Source: Actinomycetota bacterium (GTDB lineage: Bacteria; Actinomycetota; UBA4738; HRBIN12). From it: a DNA stretch of 60,547 bases. The DNA lies in contig JBOGVD010000083.1 in assembly GCA_050696355.1 (NCBI GenBank), positions 1 through 60,547 on the forward strand. Reading direction: 5' to 3'. Within the stretch, counting starts at the first letter, position 1; each line of letters opens with the position of its first letter. Below are positions 45,878-54,503 of this stretch, piece after piece. A model generated the notes under the pieces. That model saw only the letters and a program-made list of their open reading frames with translations. It was not told the DNA's origin and did no database searches. A program made the translations under genes and the position numbers.

Positions 45878-45937
45878 CCTCGGTGGCTAACGTCCCTCGG
45901 TGGCTAACGTCGTTAGCTTAGGCGAACAGCGTTAGCC
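45878..45937. promoter_or_regulatory. Candidate TetR operator: nested palindromes built from four GGCTAACG half-sites, plus a perfect 17-nt tandem direct repeat
   Basis: CCTCGGTGGCTAACGTC occurs at 45878..45894 and again at 45895..45911. There is a perfect palindrome GCTAACG-T-CGTTAGC at 45903..45917. An outer pair, GGCTAACG (45885..45892) and CGTTAGCC (45930..45937), flanks it. The site lies between the SRPBCC-tetR operon start (45867) and the divergent gene at 46016. Confidence 0.55.
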
Positions 45938-46015
45938 TGTCAACTTCCCGATCCCGAGGCCGCACATCGGGAGGCCGTTGCCGGCATGGCTCCCTGCCGA
46001 GAAGGATGAGGGCCC

Positions 46016-46573
46016 GTGGCCAAGCTGATCTATTCGACGATCGCCTCGCTCGACGGCTACGTCGCAGATGAGGACGGCAACTTCGACTGGGCCGAGCCGG
46101 ACGAGGAGGTGCACACCCTCGTCAACGACCTCCAGCGTCCCGTCGGCACGTTCTTGCTGGGGCGCCGGATGTACGAGGTGTTGGTCGCGTGGGAGACGAT
46201 GGACACCGCCGACCAGCCCGCCCACATCCGGGATTTCGCGGAGATCTGGCGGGCCACCGACAAGGTCGTGTACTCGAGGACGTTGGAGACGACCTCCAGC
46301 GACGGGACGCGGATCGAGCGCGACTTCGACCCCGGCGTGGTTCGGCAGATGAAGGCGTCCGCGGCACGAGACCTGACCGTGGGTGGTCCGGGCCTCGCGG
46401 CCGAGGCGCTCAGGGCCGGGCTCGTCGACGAGTACCAGCTGTTCCTCGCCCCGATCGTGGTGGGAGGCGGCACGCGGATCTTCCCCGACGACGCCCGCCT
46501 CGAGCTCGAGCTCGTGGACGAGCGCCGATTCGCCAACGGCATGGCGTTCCTCCGCTACCGCACGAGGGCGTGA
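46016..46573 (+). CDS. Dihydrofolate reductase family protein (RibD_C type)
   Basis: 185-aa ORF (GTG start). LIYSTIASLDGYVADEDGNFDW, LLGRRMYE, LTVGGPGLAAEALRAGLVDEYQLFLAPIVVGGG. Confidence 0.9.
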   Translation: MAKLIYSTIASLDGYVADEDGNFDWAEPDEEVHTLVNDLQRPVGTFLLGRRMYEVLVAWETMDTADQPAHIRDFAEIWRATDKVVYSRTLETTSSDGTRIERDFDPGVVRQMKASAARDLTVGGPGLAAEALRAGLVDEYQLFLAPIVVGGGTRIFPDDARLELELVDERRFANGMAFLRYRTRA

Positions 46574-46583
46574 ACGAGGCAGC

Positions 46584-47591
46584 TCACACGGTGATGACGA
46601 GCTTCCCTCGCGCCTGTCCCGACTCCAGGTAGCGCATCGCCGCTGGAACCTCGCTCAGCGGGAACGTCCGGTCGATGACCGGTGTGATCTTCTCGGCTTC
46701 GATGAGCTCCTTCAGGACGACCAGTCGGTCGCCCGGGTCCTTGGTGCCACGGAAGGGATGCAGGTGGCTCACGAAGGGTGAGATCACGATCAGTTTGGCG
46801 AAGCGACCGAGGCTTCCGAACCACCGATGGCCCGAGCGCCCGTACTGGTCGTACCCGCTCAGCACGTACGTCCCGTCGGGGGTGAGCGCGCGTCTGCACT
46901 CCCGCCATGGATGGTTCCCCACGATGTCCAGGATGAAGTCGTATCGCTCTTGGCGCCGGGTGAAGTCCTCCACCGTGTGGTCGAGGACCCGATCGGCGCC
47001 GATCGACCGGAGCATGTCGAGCTTCCCGGGAGCGTCCACCCCGGTCACGTGCGAGCCCCAGGCCGTGGCGAGCTGCACCGCGAAGGTCCCCACGGCCCCG
47101 CCGGCCCCGTTGATCAAGACCTGCTGTCCCGCCTGGGCCCGTCCCTCGTCGCGAACGTGCTGCACCGCGAGGGATCCCGACGTGGGGACTGCGGCCGCCT
47201 CTTCGAACGTGAGCCGATCCGGCTTCCGCTCGAGCATGGGTTCCGGGACCGCGGCGTACTCGGCGAAGGCGCCGCCGTTGCGCCACAGGTTGGCTCGGAG
47301 GCTCTGACCGAAGACCTCGTCGCCCGGCCGGAACCGTGTGACGCTCGTCCCGACCGACTCGACGACGCCGGCCAGGTCCGTGCCCGGGACCCGGTGCTTC
47401 GGTGCGCGCAGCCCGGAGCCCATGATCCGGAGGACATACGGCTGGCCGATCATGGCGTGCCAGACATCCGCGTGGATCGATGCTGCGTGAACCCGGACGA
47501 GGACCTCGTCATCCGCGGCGGTCGGTCTGTCGATCTCCCGGAGCTCGAGGACGTCGGCCGAGCCGTACCGATCCTGGACGATGGCCTTCAT
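46584..47591 (-). CDS. NAD(P)-dependent medium-chain dehydrogenase/reductase (quinone oxidoreductase-like)
   Basis: 335-aa ORF. MKAIVQDRYGSADVLEL..., VLINGAGGAVGTFAVQLA, C-terminal AMRYLESGQARGKLVITV. Confidence 0.9.
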   Translation of the reverse strand: MKAIVQDRYGSADVLELREIDRPTAADDEVLVRVHAASIHADVWHAMIGQPYVLRIMGSGLRAPKHRVPGTDLAGVVESVGTSVTRFRPGDEVFGQSLRANLWRNGGAFAEYAAVPEPMLERKPDRLTFEEAAAVPTSGSLAVQHVRDEGRAQAGQQVLINGAGGAVGTFAVQLATAWGSHVTGVDAPGKLDMLRSIGADRVLDHTVEDFTRRQERYDFILDIVGNHPWRECRRALTPDGTYVLSGYDQYGRSGHRWFGSLGRFAKLIVISPFVSHLHPFRGTKDPGDRLVVLKELIEAEKITPVIDRTFPLSEVPAAMRYLESGQARGKLVITV

Positions 47592-47654
47592 CCAACCAAC
47601 CCTATCCGCGCTTCGAAGGGCGGCCGACCCAGCGGCTCCGCCCGCCTGATCGGC

Positions 47655-48062
47655 CTAGAGGGAGCGGATCCGGTTGTTGCGGGGGTTGTGCTCGAGCTCC
47701 GCCATCCCGAGATCTTCCAGGAGAGGCGGCACGTACATGCCGAACCTCCCCCGCAGCCCCTTCTTGATCCCGTACCACCCGCCGACGGGATTGTCGGAGG
47801 ACCGTGCCCAGGCCTCGACCGTCCCCTCCTTCGCCGCTTTCTGCTCGTCGGCGCTCCCGAGCTCCATCCAGTCGCCGTGCTCCTTCAGCATGGCGTGGAG
47901 ATCCTCGATGCACCGGAGCTGGTAGCCCAGGCGCGTCGACCCCACCTCACAGACGAGGGTGGCGGGGTCCGCCTCCTCGTCGCGCCACATCCGATACTCC
48001 GACGTCCCCGGTGGCGTCTTCAGAACCCACGGATCCTCGGGCGTTCCGCTTCCCGCCATCAC
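47655..48062 (-). CDS. Conserved hypothetical protein (no function recognised)
   Basis: 135-aa ORF with a protein-like composition: EDPWVLKTPPGTSEYRMWRDEE...STRLGYQLRCIEDLHAMLKEHGDWMELG...NPVGGWYGIKKGLRGRFGMYVPPLLE. Confidence 0.65.
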   Translation of the reverse strand: MMAGSGTPEDPWVLKTPPGTSEYRMWRDEEADPATLVCEVGSTRLGYQLRCIEDLHAMLKEHGDWMELGSADEQKAAKEGTVEAWARSSDNPVGGWYGIKKGLRGRFGMYVPPLLEDLGMAELEHNPRNNRIRSL

Positions 48063-48120
48063 TCCTCCTTCCGGCCGCCTTCAGCCTTGGTCGTCTCGCC
48101 GGCTCGATCGACGCCGTCCC

Positions 48121-48630
48121 TCAGGACGTGGGCGGGACCTCGACGACGCGGCCGGCCTGCACGCCGAAGTCCCAGACGTCGATGGCCGGGGGCTCCACGC
48201 CGAGCGTCGTGAGAGCGGTGCAGATCTGGCTCCGGTGATCGGTCCCGTGGTGCACCGCCTGCGCGAGCCGGATCCCGAACGGGCCGTGCGTCTCCGATCC
48301 GTCGTCCCGGTGCCGCACGAGGACCGTGTCCGGATCGAGGTCCTGTTTCAGGAGCTCAGACCAGGCCCGGCCGTAGCCCTCCATCGCCGCCCGGAGCTCC
48401 GGGAGACGCATGCGGTCCTCATCGATGAGGGAGACGCGCCCACCCGTCGTGACGAACAGGTAGGAGGAGTCGGCGCCCACGATGTGGCGCATCGTGTCGA
48501 GGATCGAGCCGTACGTTCCGGGGACGGACGTCTCCATCTGCTCGGGAGGGAGCGCGGAGCACGCGTCCATCACCCGGAGCGTCGCCCACACGTGATGCGC
48601 CAACGCATCCGCCATCAAGGACCCGTTCAT
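48121..48630 (-). CDS. DinB family protein
   Basis: 169-aa ORF. ALAHHVWATLRVMDAC...GSILDTMRHIVGAD...AVHHGTDHRSQI (DinB His triad pattern). Confidence 0.85.
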   Translation of the reverse strand: MNGSLMADALAHHVWATLRVMDACSALPPEQMETSVPGTYGSILDTMRHIVGADSSYLFVTTGGRVSLIDEDRMRLPELRAAMEGYGRAWSELLKQDLDPDTVLVRHRDDGSETHGPFGIRLAQAVHHGTDHRSQICTALTTLGVEPPAIDVWDFGVQAGRVVEVPPTS

Positions 48631-48836
48631 GAGAGCACCGTAGCAATCCTGGCGGCGCCAGTCGTCCGCCGTGGTGGTGGCGTCCTCGTTGAGCGAGCTC
48701 GGCGGTCGAGATCCGCACGTCGGTCGACTCGTCGAGTGTCATCCCTCCGGCCCCTCCGCCACCGACGATCAGGACCGACTCCAGCGACACAGGTCGGACG
48801 AACACGGGACCGAGGTGGCGCCGACATCCCGTCGAG

Positions 48837-49599
48837 CTATCTGACCTGGTGCAGCACATCGTCCACGAATCTCTTCGTCGCATCCGAGCGTCGCCGTGCC
48901 ATCGATCCGCGCGCCATTGCGGGACTGAGCTCGCGATACCAGGGCCTCTCGGATGAGGTCGGCATGCTCGGGCATCGCTCCGCATGCCCACCGGGCCGCT
49001 TCGCGTTTCGATACGTGTTCACCAGTTCGCCACGTCCGCAAGCCCCGGCACATCGTGAGGACCGCGTAGGCCTGATCACCCTTTGCCAGGAGGCCGTCGC
49101 CCGAGTTCCGCCAGGTCAGCATGTGCTGACGCACGGCCTCGACGTACTCATCGCGTGAGATGACCGGCACGAGAGACGTGGCGTGCGGGCCGCGTAACGC
49201 GAGGCCAACTTCGCGAAGCTGATACCAGTCGATCAGCCAGCTGTGGTCCACCTCGATGGAGTGGAAGGGCTCGCCTGGGGAGATCCGTGCCGCTGGTGAA
49301 AACTCCGTTCGGAATGTCACGAGCGCTCGAGAAGAGAGGTAGACGGCTTCCACTCGGTCCTCCCACTCGGGCATCTCGCCGGCGATGTCGTGATGGAGGC
49401 GCTCAAGCGTCGCGAGCTCGGCTTCGGAAGGATCGGAACTCAGCACAGCAACGGTATCGACGTCGCTGATCCCGCTGTCGAAGTCACCCGTGATCACCGA
49501 GCCGAAGACGTAGGAGCCGAGAAGGCCGGCGAGAGCTCGGACCCGGCCGTCTCCGAGTCGAGTAAGGAGCATCCCGACGCTGGGGTCACTGAACTCCAC
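48837..49599 (-). pseudogene. Aminoglycoside-adenylyltransferase-like nucleotidyltransferase (ANT/AadA-like with DUF4111-type C-domain), probable 3' frameshift
   Basis: ORF 48769..49599: LLGSYVFGSVITGDFDSGISDVDTVAVL (NTase GS..DxD), ...WLIDWYQLRE.... After ...ARIDGTAT the translation becomes Cys/Arg-rich. The other frame (ORF 48837..49079) gives SDATKRFVDDVLHQVR*. The join is at about 48888. Lower-GC patch. Confidence 0.65.
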
Positions 49600-49854
49600 A
49601 CCTCATTATCCGGACGAACCGCCGCGATCGTTCTCTCGGCGGGTCTGATCGATCGCGCTGACGATGTGGTCGGCGTACACACGAACTGAGGCAACATGCC
49701 TCCCAGCCGAGCGGGTCGGAGCGAGCCCCAGGGCTCTGGATCGCGCCTGCTCGGTCGAACACTCGTCTTGCCCGCTCACGGTTCCGGAGCTCCCGAGGGC
49801 CGAGCGGCGAGCCCGCGTTCGAAACCCGGTCGATGCTCGGGGTAGGCTCGCACG

Positions 49855-50319
49855 ATGGATGCCTCGACGATATGGAAGTTCCTGCACATCGCCTGCATGT
49901 TCGTGGCGGTCTCCATCTTCGTCGGCCAGGGGATGCTGTCCAGCGCCGTGGCCCGCTCGGGCGACGTTCCCGCGCTCCGCCGGGTGCTGGGAGCGGAGGA
50001 CCGGTTCGCCCCGATCGGCGGCGCGATGTTCGTCCTCGGGATCGTCTTCGGGTTCCTCACCGCGATCACGGGCGACTTCGACCTGACGCAGACCTGGCTG
50101 CTGATCGCCTACGCGATCACCCTGTTCATCCTGGTGAACGGGCTGACCTACCATCGGGTGCAGGCGGAACGGCTCAAGGTGGCGGCCGACGCGGGCGATC
50201 GGGCGTCGGAGGAGATCCGTGCGATCGCCGGCGCGTCGAGCGCCACCGTGATGAACGCGATCGACGGGCTCGCGTGGCTCGCCGTCATCTACATGATGGT
50301 GGCGAAGCCGTTCAGCTAG
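49855..50319 (+). CDS. DUF2269-like integral membrane protein
   Basis: 154-aa ORF with four TM segments. IWKFLHIACMFVAVSIFVGQG.... Confidence 0.7.
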   Translation: MDASTIWKFLHIACMFVAVSIFVGQGMLSSAVARSGDVPALRRVLGAEDRFAPIGGAMFVLGIVFGFLTAITGDFDLTQTWLLIAYAITLFILVNGLTYHRVQAERLKVAADAGDRASEEIRAIAGASSATVMNAIDGLAWLAVIYMMVAKPFS

Positions 50320-50372
50320 CACCCGGCGCCTTCCGACTGTGGGCGCCGCCCGAGCACCAGCCCGGGGACGCC

Positions 50373-50814
50373 GTGATCGCGGTCACGCCCTCGCTGATCG
50401 AGCGGGTGGGGCTGTTCGTGATCACGCTGCCGCTCACCCTCGCGCTGGGCGGCTACGACGCCTCGGCGGACCCGGAGCAGGTCGCCGGACTCTCCACGGG
50501 CACCATCGTGATCGGCTGGCTCTACGCCGCGCTGATGGAGAGCTCCACGAAGCAGGCGACGGTCGGGAAGATGGCGGTCGGGAAGATGGCGGTCGGGAAG
50601 ATGGCGCTCGGCATCATCGTGACGGACCTGGACGGGAACCGGATCGGGTTCGGCCGCGCGAATCGGATTCCTGATGGCCGCGTTCACCGAGCGGAAGCAG
50701 GCGCCGCACGACATGGTCGCAGGGGCGCTGGTCATGAAGGGCGAGGCTCCGTTCAAGGGCTCCCGCGGCGGGCTCGCCTCCCCTTCCGCCGCCACCGTTG
50801 GCCGGATGAGCTAG
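50373..50814 (+). pseudogene. RDD family membrane protein gene carrying a 15-bp triplication, a frame change and an apparent internal deletion
   Basis: Frame 0 gives ...GWLYAALMESSTKQATVGKMAVGKMAVGKMALGIIVTDLDGNRIGFGRA. Frame 1 from about 50659 gives RIGFLMAAFTERKQAPHDMVAGALVMKG...*, with the stop at 50812..50814. The helix usually found between FGRA and IGFLM in RDD proteins is missing. Confidence 0.6.
50561..50605 (+). repeat. Perfect 15-bp x 3 tandem repeat (GTCGGGAAGATGGCG), in frame (VGKMA x3)
   Basis: Identical units at 50561..50575, 50576..50590 and 50591..50605. Confidence 0.95.
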
Positions 50815-51518
50815 CCGATCCAGCCGGGCCGGACGAGGCCCGACTCGTAGGCGATCACGACGAGCTGCGCGCGGTCGCGCGCGCCGACCTTGCTCATCGC
50901 CCGGCTGACGTGGGTCTTCGCGGTGGCAGGGCTCACGAACAGCCGCTCGCCGATCTCGGCGTTCGACAGGCCCTCGCCGACGAGCGCTACGACCTCCCGC
51001 TCTCGCTCCGTGAGCTCCTCGAGGCCGGCGCCGCGCCCCGGCTCCTTCGCCCGGCTCGCGAACTCGACGAGCAGCTGCTTCGTCACGCTCGGTGAGAGCA
51101 ACGCCTCACCGGCCGCCACGACGCGCACGGCCTGCACCAGCTCGTCCGGCTCGGTGTCCTTGACGAGGAAGCCGCTCGCGCCGGAGCGGATCGCCTCGAA
51201 CACGTACTCGTCCAGACCGAACGTGGTGAGCACCACGATCCGCACGTCCGTGAGATGGTCGTCCTCCGCGATCGCGCGCGTGGCGGCGAGCCCGTCCGTC
51301 CCCGGCATCCGGATGTCCATCAGGACGACGTCGGGCCTCAGATCGGACGCGAGGCGCACCGCCTCGTCGCCGCTGCTCGCTTCGCCGACCACCTCGATGC
51401 CCTCCTGGGCGTCGAGGAGGGATCGGAACCCCGCGCGCACCAGCGCCTGATCGTCGGCGAGCACGACCCGGATCGTCGGTCGGGCCTCGGCCGGCACGCT
51501 CCCAGCCTCCTCCGCCAT
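50811..51518 (-). CDS. NarL/LuxR family two-component response regulator (REC + HTH)
   Basis: ATG at 51518 overlaps the upstream stop (ATGA). IRVVLADDQALVRAGFRSLL, DVVLMDIRMPGTDG. HTH LTEREREVVALVGEGLSNAEIGERLFVSPATAKTHVSRAMSKVG. Confidence 0.9.
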   Translation of the reverse strand: MAEEAGSVPAEARPTIRVVLADDQALVRAGFRSLLDAQEGIEVVGEASSGDEAVRLASDLRPDVVLMDIRMPGTDGLAATRAIAEDDHLTDVRIVVLTTFGLDEYVFEAIRSGASGFLVKDTEPDELVQAVRVVAAGEALLSPSVTKQLLVEFASRAKEPGRGAGLEELTEREREVVALVGEGLSNAEIGERLFVSPATAKTHVSRAMSKVGARDRAQLVVIAYESGLVRPGWIG

Positions 51519-52465
51519 CAGCCCAGCTCCGAGACGGCGAAGAGCCGCCACCGGTCCGCCACGCCCTTGAGCTCGTGTTCGCCCCGGTCGTCGAACCCGA
51601 CACTCGATCCTCGCACGAGGTCCTTCACGGTGCTCGACACCAGGATGTCGCCGGGCGATCCGACCGCGGCGACGCGGGCGCCGATGTTCACCGCGATCCC
51701 GCCGACGTCGTCTCCGCGGAGCTCGACCTCGCCGGTGTGGAGCCCGACCCGGACGTCGATCCCGACGGTGCGAAGCCCGTCACGGATCGCGGCCGCACAG
51801 CGGATCGCCCGCGTGGGCGCGTCGAAGACCGCGAGGAACCCGTCGCCGGTCGTCTTGATCTCGCGGCCGTCGTGCCCGGCGAGCTCCTTGCGGACCAGCT
51901 CGTCGTGGCGATCGAGCTCGTCGCGCCAGCGACGGTCGCCGACCTCCGCCGCCCGTTCCGTGGAGGCGACGATGTCGCTGAACATCACCGTCGCGAGGAT
52001 CCGGTCGGCCTCGGCGCCGGCCGGGAACGCCGGGGGCTCCCGCTCCGAGAACGCGCCGATCAGTCGGCGCGTCACGCCGGGAGACAGGAGCGCGTCGCCG
52101 CGCGACACGGCGCGGACGCCCTGTAACAGGACGGCGGGGTCCGTGTCCTTGACCAGGAACCCGCTCGCCCCGGTCCGCAGCGCCTCGAACACGTACTCGT
52201 CCTCGTCGAAGGTCGTGAGGATCACGATCCGGGTCCGGTCGAGCTGCTCGTCCTCGACGATCCTGCGCGTGGCCTCCAGCCCGTCCATCCCGGGCATCCG
52301 GATGTCCATCAGCACGACGTCGGGGGTCAGCTCGGAGGCCATCCGCAAGGCCGCGGCGCCGTCGTCGGCCTCCCCCACCACCTCGATGTCGGGCTGCGCG
52401 TCGAGGAGGGCGCGGAAGCCGGCCCGGACGAGCGCCTGGTCGTCGGCGAGGACGACCCGGATCAC
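51518..52465 (-). CDS. Response-regulator receiver (NarL-type) fused to a class III adenylate/guanylate cyclase domain
   Basis: GTG at 52465 overlaps the kinase stop (GTGA); 315 aa. REC motifs IRVVLADDQALVRAGFRALL, DVVLMDIRMPGMDG. Cyclase motifs VMFSDIVAST, EIKTTGDGFLAVF, VGLHTGEVE, GGIAVNIGARV. Confidence 0.9.
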   Translation of the reverse strand: MIRVVLADDQALVRAGFRALLDAQPDIEVVGEADDGAAALRMASELTPDVVLMDIRMPGMDGLEATRRIVEDEQLDRTRIVILTTFDEDEYVFEALRTGASGFLVKDTDPAVLLQGVRAVSRGDALLSPGVTRRLIGAFSEREPPAFPAGAEADRILATVMFSDIVASTERAAEVGDRRWRDELDRHDELVRKELAGHDGREIKTTGDGFLAVFDAPTRAIRCAAAIRDGLRTVGIDVRVGLHTGEVELRGDDVGGIAVNIGARVAAVGSPGDILVSSTVKDLVRGSSVGFDDRGEHELKGVADRWRLFAVSELG

Positions 52466-53670
52466 GGGGCGCCGTCCACGGGGAGACGGGCTCGGACCCG
52501 GAACCCGCCCTCGGGCCGGGGACCGGCCTCGAGCTCGCCGCCGAGCGTCGTCACGCGCTCGCGCATGCCGACGATGCCCGTGCCGCTCCCTGACGTGTCG
52601 CTCGGCGCGGAGCCCCGGCCGTCGTCGTCGACCTGAACGACGAGGTCGCGATCGCCGTACGTGACGCGAACCGTCGCCGTGGCTCGCCCGGCGTGACGCG
52701 TCACGTTCGTGAGCGCCTCCTGCACGATCCGGAACGCGGCCGCCTCCACGCCGAACGGCAACGGGCGCCCCTCGCCCTCGGACTCCGTTCGTACATCCAG
52801 CCCGGCCTTCGCCGCCTGCTCCACCAGGTCGTCGACGCGAGCGAGCGTCGACCCGGGGAACCGCGGCGCCATCTCGCCCTCCTGCCGCAGGATGTGCAGG
52901 ACCGAACGGAGCTCGGTGAGCGCCTCCTTGCTCGCCTCCTTGATCGCGGTGAGCGACGTCCGGGCCTGCTCGGGGAGCGCCTCGTTCAGGTGGAGCGCGA
53001 CCCCGGACTGGATGCTGATCAGGGACAGCTGATGACCGAGGGCGTCGTGGAGCTCCCGCGCGATGCGGAGCCGCTCCTCGCCCGCTCGCCGAAGGGCCTC
53101 CTCCTCCTCCATCCGGACCGCCTCGGCGACGCGCTCGCGACGGATCCGCACGATCTCGGCCGTGCCGAACAGCACGAGCAGCCACGCGGCGAGCGCCAGG
53201 AGCGAGACGGCCGAGGGCGCCGGGCCGTCGCGAACCAGGAAGTCCAACCACGGGAACAGCGCGAACCCGGTGACGGCTGTGATCCCCACGGCCAGGCGAT
53301 GAGCCCGGACCGCGGCCGTGAAGTACGCGATGACCAACGGGATCCACACCGGTCCGTCCTCGTAGCCGATCAGGAAGTACGTGAGCGTTGCCGTGAAGAC
53401 GACGGCGACCACCAGGAGCGGCCGGCGGCGGCGGGCGACGAGCGCGAGGGACGAGATCACCACGAGGATCGCGGCCCCGGCGTCGAACGGCCGGCGGATC
53501 GGGTGAGCCTGCTGGGATGCGAAGTAGGTGCCGATCACCGAGAACACCGCGAGGCCGACCGCGAGCACCGCGTCCGGCAAGAGCGACGCCCGTGGGGACG
53601 AGGCGGTGCGGATCTTCGCGTCCATCGAGCTCACGGGGTCAGCGTAGGTCGGTGCTGCGGACTCAGTCAT
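52462..53670 (-). CDS. Membrane histidine kinase (HisKA_3 / NarX-DesK-LiaS type)
   Basis: ATG at 53670 within ORF 52462..54252. About 5 TM segments with no large extracytoplasmic loop. H-box IARELHDALGHQLSLI. ATPase motifs QEALTNVTRHA, DDGRG, GTGIVGMRERV. Confidence 0.9.
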   Translation of the reverse strand: MTESAAPTYADPVSSMDAKIRTASSPRASLLPDAVLAVGLAVFSVIGTYFASQQAHPIRRPFDAGAAILVVISSLALVARRRRPLLVVAVVFTATLTYFLIGYEDGPVWIPLVIAYFTAAVRAHRLAVGITAVTGFALFPWLDFLVRDGPAPSAVSLLALAAWLLVLFGTAEIVRIRRERVAEAVRMEEEEALRRAGEERLRIARELHDALGHQLSLISIQSGVALHLNEALPEQARTSLTAIKEASKEALTELRSVLHILRQEGEMAPRFPGSTLARVDDLVEQAAKAGLDVRTESEGEGRPLPFGVEAAAFRIVQEALTNVTRHAGRATATVRVTYGDRDLVVQVDDDGRGSAPSDTSGSGTGIVGMRERVTTLGGELEAGPRPEGGFRVRARLPVDGAP

Positions 53671-53791
53671 CACCGCGGCGTCGTCACCTCGTGTACTCCC
53701 GATGGCGTACGCGGGAAGCCTCCCGGTGGCCGACGACGCTCGGCCACACGGCGCGGACGATGGTCTCCACGAGACGAGGGAGGGTGACCCG

Positions 53792-54026
53792 ATGGGAACG
53801 ATACTGATGATGCACCCGGGATGGGGCGGTGGAGGTCCGTGGTTCCTGCTCTTCCCGCTCCTGTGGGTCGGCCTGTTCGTGACGGTGTTCCTGCTGTGGC
53901 GTGGCCGCGCGGGGGCTCGATGGAGCGGCTCGGCCGAGGAGATCCTCGCCGAGCGGTACGCGGGGTGAGATCTCGGCCGACGAACTCCGGCAGCGTCGCG
54001 ACGAGCTGCGTCGCAAGCGCGCGTAG
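53792..54026 (+). pseudogene. Small membrane protein with SHOCT C-terminal domain, +1 frameshift in a G run
   Basis: ATG 53792 (RBS GAGGGAGGG). MGTILMMHPGWGGGGPWFLLFPLLWVGLFVTVFLLW...AEEILAERYA, then the stop at 53966. The shifted frame continues GEISADELRQRRDELRRKRA* (TAG 54024..54026). The GGGG run at 53962..53965 appears to be one G too long. Confidence 0.65.
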
Positions 54027-54118
54027 CGTGACCGAATCGACATCTGTCACTCGGGAGCCGTCGCCGTAGGGTGGAGAGTCGTCCCCCGTGACGACACTGG
54101 CCCCATGGAGATACGGGC

Positions 54119-54484
54119 ATGGAGATCGCCGGAGAGCCGCTCGCGTTCACGAGCGCCGACGGCTGGCGCGCCTGGCTGGCCGAGCACCACGGCACCGAGG
54201 ACGGGGCGTGGGTGACGATCGCCAAGAAGGGCGCGGCGACGGCGGCCGTCACGCTCCACGAGGCGACCGCGGAAGCGCTCTGCTTCGGATGGATCGATAG
54301 CGCGATGCAGCCGATCGACGCCGATCGGTACGCGCTCCGCTACACGCCTCGGCGGAAGGGAAGCAACTGGTCCGAGCGCAACAAGACGTTGGCGGCGCAG
54401 CTGATCGAGGAGGGGCGGATGGCCGACGCCGGCCTCGCGGCGATCGAGGAGGCCAGGCGGGACGGGCGATGGGAGGGAGCGTAG
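54119..54484 (+). CDS. YdeI/OmpD-associated-family-like protein, N-terminal domain only
   Basis: 121-aa ORF. FTSADGWRAWLAEHH...WVTIAKKG...EALCFGWIDS...RYTPRRKGSNWSERN. It ends at DGRWEGA*, where longer family members continue with a further C-terminal domain (from memory). Confidence 0.6.
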   Translation: MEIAGEPLAFTSADGWRAWLAEHHGTEDGAWVTIAKKGAATAAVTLHEATAEALCFGWIDSAMQPIDADRYALRYTPRRKGSNWSERNKTLAAQLIEEGRMADAGLAAIEEARRDGRWEGA

Positions 54485-54503
54485 GCACATGGAGGAGAGA
54501 GCG

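Noticed and set aside
48743-48775. Rossmann-like VLIVGGGGAGG peptide on the minus strand between the dinB-like and ANT-like genes (possible FAD/NAD oxidoreductase relic).
   Set aside because: A glycine-rich 11-mer in GC-rich DNA is weak evidence, and the flanking translation does not continue as a dinucleotide-binding fold.
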